The notes beneath the pieces are model-generated. The model did no database searches, had not been told where the DNA came from, and worked only from the letters and a program-made list of their open reading frames with translations. The translations under genes and the position numbers were made by a program. From an uncultured delta proteobacterium (GTDB lineage: Bacteria; Myxococcota_A; Polyangia; Polyangiales; Polyangiaceae), in the NCBI GenBank assembly GCA_963841435.1, contig CAWJCS010000004.1, forward strand, positions 352,001 through 416,000: DNA of 64,000 nucleotides, in the 5' to 3' direction. Shown here piece after piece: positions 61,098 through 64,000 of the stretch (position 1 is its first letter; every line of letters begins with the position of its first letter).

Positions 61098-61778
61098 TCA
61101 GCGTAGAGCACGCGCGTACTCCTCGAAATCCGAGAGCGCCGAACGCAGCCGGTCGAGCGCGTACCGCATGCGGCTCTTGACCGTGTTCTCGGCGACCCCA
61201 GTGACGATCGCGATTTCCTTGAAAGGTAGGTTGCCGATTTCCCGCAACAGGAACACCTCGCGTTGCTCGTCGGGCAGCCCGTCCACCACCTCCGTCAAGA
61301 TCGCCAGCATCTGGCTCGAAGCTGCAGCACGCTCGGCGTTCGTTGACGGCCGCTTGTCCGCAACGACGTCGCCGAGCGGGCGCGGGTCGTCACCGGGACC
61401 GAGCGGCTGGTCGAGCGATGGGTGACGGCGGTGCACCGCCTTGCGCAGCTGGTCGATGCAGAGGTTGCGAGCGATCGTGTAGACCCAGGTCGTGAAGCGC
61501 GCCTCGTGTTTGAACTCGCTCGCGTTCTGAACCACGCGCAAGAAGACCTCCTGCGTGACGTCCTCGGCGCGATCGGGTTTTCTGAGTTGGCGCAGCACGA
61601 AATTGTAGAGAGGTCGGTGATGGCGTCGCACCAAGAGGGCGAACGCATCGCGATCGCCGCGTTGGTAGCGGACCATCAGGGTTTCGTCGGTTGCGTCGCC
61701 CGGGGCTGCCGCCATGGAGCAGGTGACCAGGTGCCGGCGGGCAAGAGGTATCGAGGCCTCGCGAGCGGGGCGGGTCAC
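61098..61778 (-). CDS. ECF RNA polymerase sigma factor
   Basis: AEDVTQEVF, FTTWVYTIARNLCID, LP.EQREV and EIA...GV.ENTVKSR; start may be the ATG of MAAAPG. Confidence 0.95.
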   Translation of the reverse strand: MTRPAREASIPLARRHLVTCSMAAAPGDATDETLMVRYQRGDRDAFALLVRRHHRPLYNFVLRQLRKPDRAEDVTQEVFLRVVQNASEFKHEARFTTWVYTIARNLCIDQLRKAVHRRHPSLDQPLGPGDDPRPLGDVVADKRPSTNAERAAASSQMLAILTEVVDGLPDEQREVFLLREIGNLPFKEIAIVTGVAENTVKSRMRYALDRLRSALSDFEEYARALR

Positions 61779-62164
61779 AACGACCTGCCCTCATTGCCTT
61801 GACGTTTCAGCCCGGGGTTCGATCTCCGTCCGCGGCGCCAGTTTGAAACGCTACGCCGCGTCCCTCCGAGCGGCAAGACCCTTGGAAAATCAGGTGCCTG
61901 CGACCCGATAGCCCACCCAGGCCGGCCAGATGGTTTGCTCAACTGGTCTATCGGCCGGCCGCCTGGTGCCTGGCGGCACTCCCGCTCGAGCGCCAAACCA
62001 CGTGGGGGCTCGGACCCCCGCGGGGCTGCCCCCGATGCAAGTCGTTGAGGAAGTTCTTCCCGAATCGCCCGGGAGGCGTAAGTATTCGGCGCGCGGCCGT
62101 TTGCCGCCATCCGCGATCTTGTGGGGATGGACTATTCAGGCGTTCCGAGACTCGAACGAGGGTA

Positions 62165-63073
62165 ATGATGAAGCGCTCGACGTTGGTTCCTTGGCTTGTT
62201 TCTGCGATGACACTGTGCGGCGTGATGCCGGCGCTGGCTCAGACAGCGAAGCCCGCGGCCGCGGTCTCCGCGGCCGCCGCTACCACCAGCGCTCCTAGCG
62301 CGACCACCACGGCTCCCGCGGCGGCGAGCGCGGCGCCGGCGGCGAGCGCGGCGCCGGCGGCGAGCGCGGCGCCGGCGGCGCCCACACCCGCACCGAGCGC
62401 GACGACCGCGACGGCGCCAGCGGCGAGCGCGTCAGCGCCCGCGGTCGCAACCCCGACGCCACCCATGGACGGCTCGACGTACGTCGTGCGCCTGCGCGAC
62501 CTCGAGCAACGCGTGGACGAGCTCAAGGAGCAGATCCGCAGGAGCCATACGCGGCTGAGCCTGCTGAGCGACACCATCCTGTCGGGCGGTGTCGGCGGCG
62601 CGAGAGCCGAAATCACGTTCAAGAACGACCTCTCGAGCGCCTTTCACCTGACGGGCGCCACGTTCGTGCTCGACGGCGCGGTGCAATACAACAAGCAGGA
62701 CGACACGGGCATTCTTGCCCAGCAAAAGACGATCCCGATCTTCAGCGGTTCGATTCCGCCAGGCGATCACACGCTCCAGGTCGTCCTGAAGCTACGTGGT
62801 CACGGCTACGGCGTGTTCTCGTACCTGCGCGGGTACAAGTTCAACGTACCCGCTACGCATTCGTTCACGGTCACGGAGGGGAAGTCCGTTCAGCTCGAAG
62901 CCATCATTTGGGAAAAGGGGGACGTGACGACGCCGCTCGAGCAGCGTCCGGCGGTGCGGTGGCGTCAGACGGTGGGCAGCTTCGCGGACGAGGGCCGCCC
63001 GGACGGCGCCTCGAGCGCGCCGCCAGCCGCGGGCGCCTCGGGGAGCGTGTCGGTCGGAGTGGGGGCTAAGTGA
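62165..63073 (+). CDS. Secreted protein: Ala/Thr/Pro linker, coiled coil and beta domain
   Basis: Signal peptide ALA-Q; coiled coil 'RLRDLEQRVDELKEQI'; GTGA overlap with TPR gene. Confidence 0.8.
   Translation: MMKRSTLVPWLVSAMTLCGVMPALAQTAKPAAAVSAAAATTSAPSATTTAPAAASAAPAASAAPAASAAPAAPTPAPSATTATAPAASASAPAVATPTPPMDGSTYVVRLRDLEQRVDELKEQIRRSHTRLSLLSDTILSGGVGGARAEITFKNDLSSAFHLTGATFVLDGAVQYNKQDDTGILAQQKTIPIFSGSIPPGDHTLQVVLKLRGHGYGVFSYLRGYKFNVPATHSFTVTEGKSVQLEAIIWEKGDVTTPLEQRPAVRWRQTVGSFADEGRPDGASSAPPAAGASGSVSVGVGAK
62321..62374 (+). repeat. 18-bp tandem repeat x3 (AASAAP)
   Basis: GCGGCGAGCGCGGCGCCG three times, perfect. Confidence 0.9.
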
Positions 63074-64000
63074 AGCTCCGCTTCCCGACGCAGGCGCTGA
63101 CCGCGACGGCGTGCCTGCTGCTTGCTGCGCGAGCGTTCGCGCTCGACGCGGGCACGGCGCGGGGTCGGGCCGACATCGCGATCCGCGCGGTCGAGGCGGA
63201 CGCATCGAAGGGGCCGGACGCCAGCCGGTTCCGCTTCACACCGCCCACGCCAGCGCAGCGGGTCGCTGCCGGCGACATGCTGCTCCGCACCAAGGACTAT
63301 GACCGGTCCATCTCGACTCTCGCGAAGGTCCTCGAGCTCCACCGCCAGGGTCAGATCCCGGAAAACGCCTTCGCGGACGCCACAGCCCTGATTGCCGAGG
63401 CGTACTTCCAATCGTCCCAGTACCTCTCGGCGCGCCGTCATTTCCGCGAGGTGCTCGACCGGGGCCAGCGGGGCCCGTTTTCCGTCTACGTGGGCCGAGC
63501 GCTGAGCCGGCTCGTCGACGTCGCGCTCCGCACGGGCGACCTCGACTCCCTCGACTACGTGTTTGCGCGCCTCGGCACGCTCCCTGCTTCCGACGCTTCG
63601 GGGTCCCTCGGGTACGCGCGAGCCAAGGCGCTCTTCGCACGGCGTGACTTCCCGTCCGCCAAGGCGGCCGTCAACGCCGTTCCCATGACCTCCGAGTACG
63701 CGCCCCAGGCGCAGTATCTGCTCGGCGTCGTGCTCACCAAGGAGGTGCTGCTCGCGACACCGCCGCCCGCGACGGCGGACGCTCCGGCGCCGCGCCGCAA
63801 TTTCGGCCCAGCGATCGAGCAATTTCGTCGCGTCGCCAAGCTCCCGGCGACGACGCCGAACGCCCGCGCCGTCGTCGATCTCGCCTGGATGGCGGTCGGC
63901 CGCCTCTGTTACGAGAGCGAGGCGTACCCTGAGGCCGCTGACGCTTACAGCCACGTCGATCGCCGCTCCCCCGAATTTTCGACGATGCTCCACGAGCTCG
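63070..64000 (+). CDS. Secreted TPR protein (3' truncated by window)
   Basis: GTG 63070; signal peptide AFA-L; frame open to window end; TPR helices 'AEAYFQSSQYLSARRHFREVL' and 'AQYLLG'; absent from ORF track because no stop is reached. Confidence 0.85.
   Translation, partial: MKLRFPTQALTATACLLLAARAFALDAGTARGRADIAIRAVEADASKGPDASRFRFTPPTPAQRVAAGDMLLRTKDYDRSISTLAKVLELHRQGQIPENAFADATALIAEAYFQSSQYLSARRHFREVLDRGQRGPFSVYVGRALSRLVDVALRTGDLDSLDYVFARLGTLPASDASGSLGYARAKALFARRDFPSAKAAVNAVPMTSEYAPQAQYLLGVVLTKEVLLATPPPATADAPAPRRNFGPAIEQFRRVAKLPATTPNARAVVDLAWMAVGRLCYESEAYPEAADAYSHVDRRSPEFSTMLHEL

Noticed and set aside
62321..62374. CRISPR-like or mobile repeat
   Set aside because: Spacer-less in-frame 18-bp coding repeat in a linker; no cas genes

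Overview
High-GC (about 70%), gene-dense chromosomal segment. Its gene content points to a myxobacterium, probably Polyangiaceae/Sorangiineae-like (inferred from TIGR02266-type PilZ, REC-DUF4388-type regulator, Hanks kinases, FHA, TPR and lamin-tail lipoproteins). I found no rRNA, tRNA, CRISPR array, transposase or integrase. Housekeeping genes: lysC, gcvT-gcvH-gcvPA, scpA-scpB, der, era, trmJ-like, pmbA, acyl-CoA dehydrogenase and a MaoC hydratase. Accessory modules: (1) rubrerythrin/Fe-S oxidoreductase/DUF3501 trio; (2) type IV pilus priming operon fimU-pilV-pilW-pilX-pilY1 with a coupled extra lipoprotein, behind a sigma54 + IHF promoter; (3) larB-larC with no larE/larA; (4) a lone FliR/SctT export-gate gene; (5) an FHA / PP2C / fused permease / thioredoxin-rhodanese run; (6) tandem parvulins and tandem FadL-like barrels; (7) an ECF sigma/anti-sigma pair. 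Six genes are interrupted. Six +1 single-base duplications, all at a TC step and three of them GATC->GATTC, hit five genes (two in pilY1) and look like systematic sequencing errors. pilW instead has one in-frame TGA. All calls come from motif reading by eye, with no database search.
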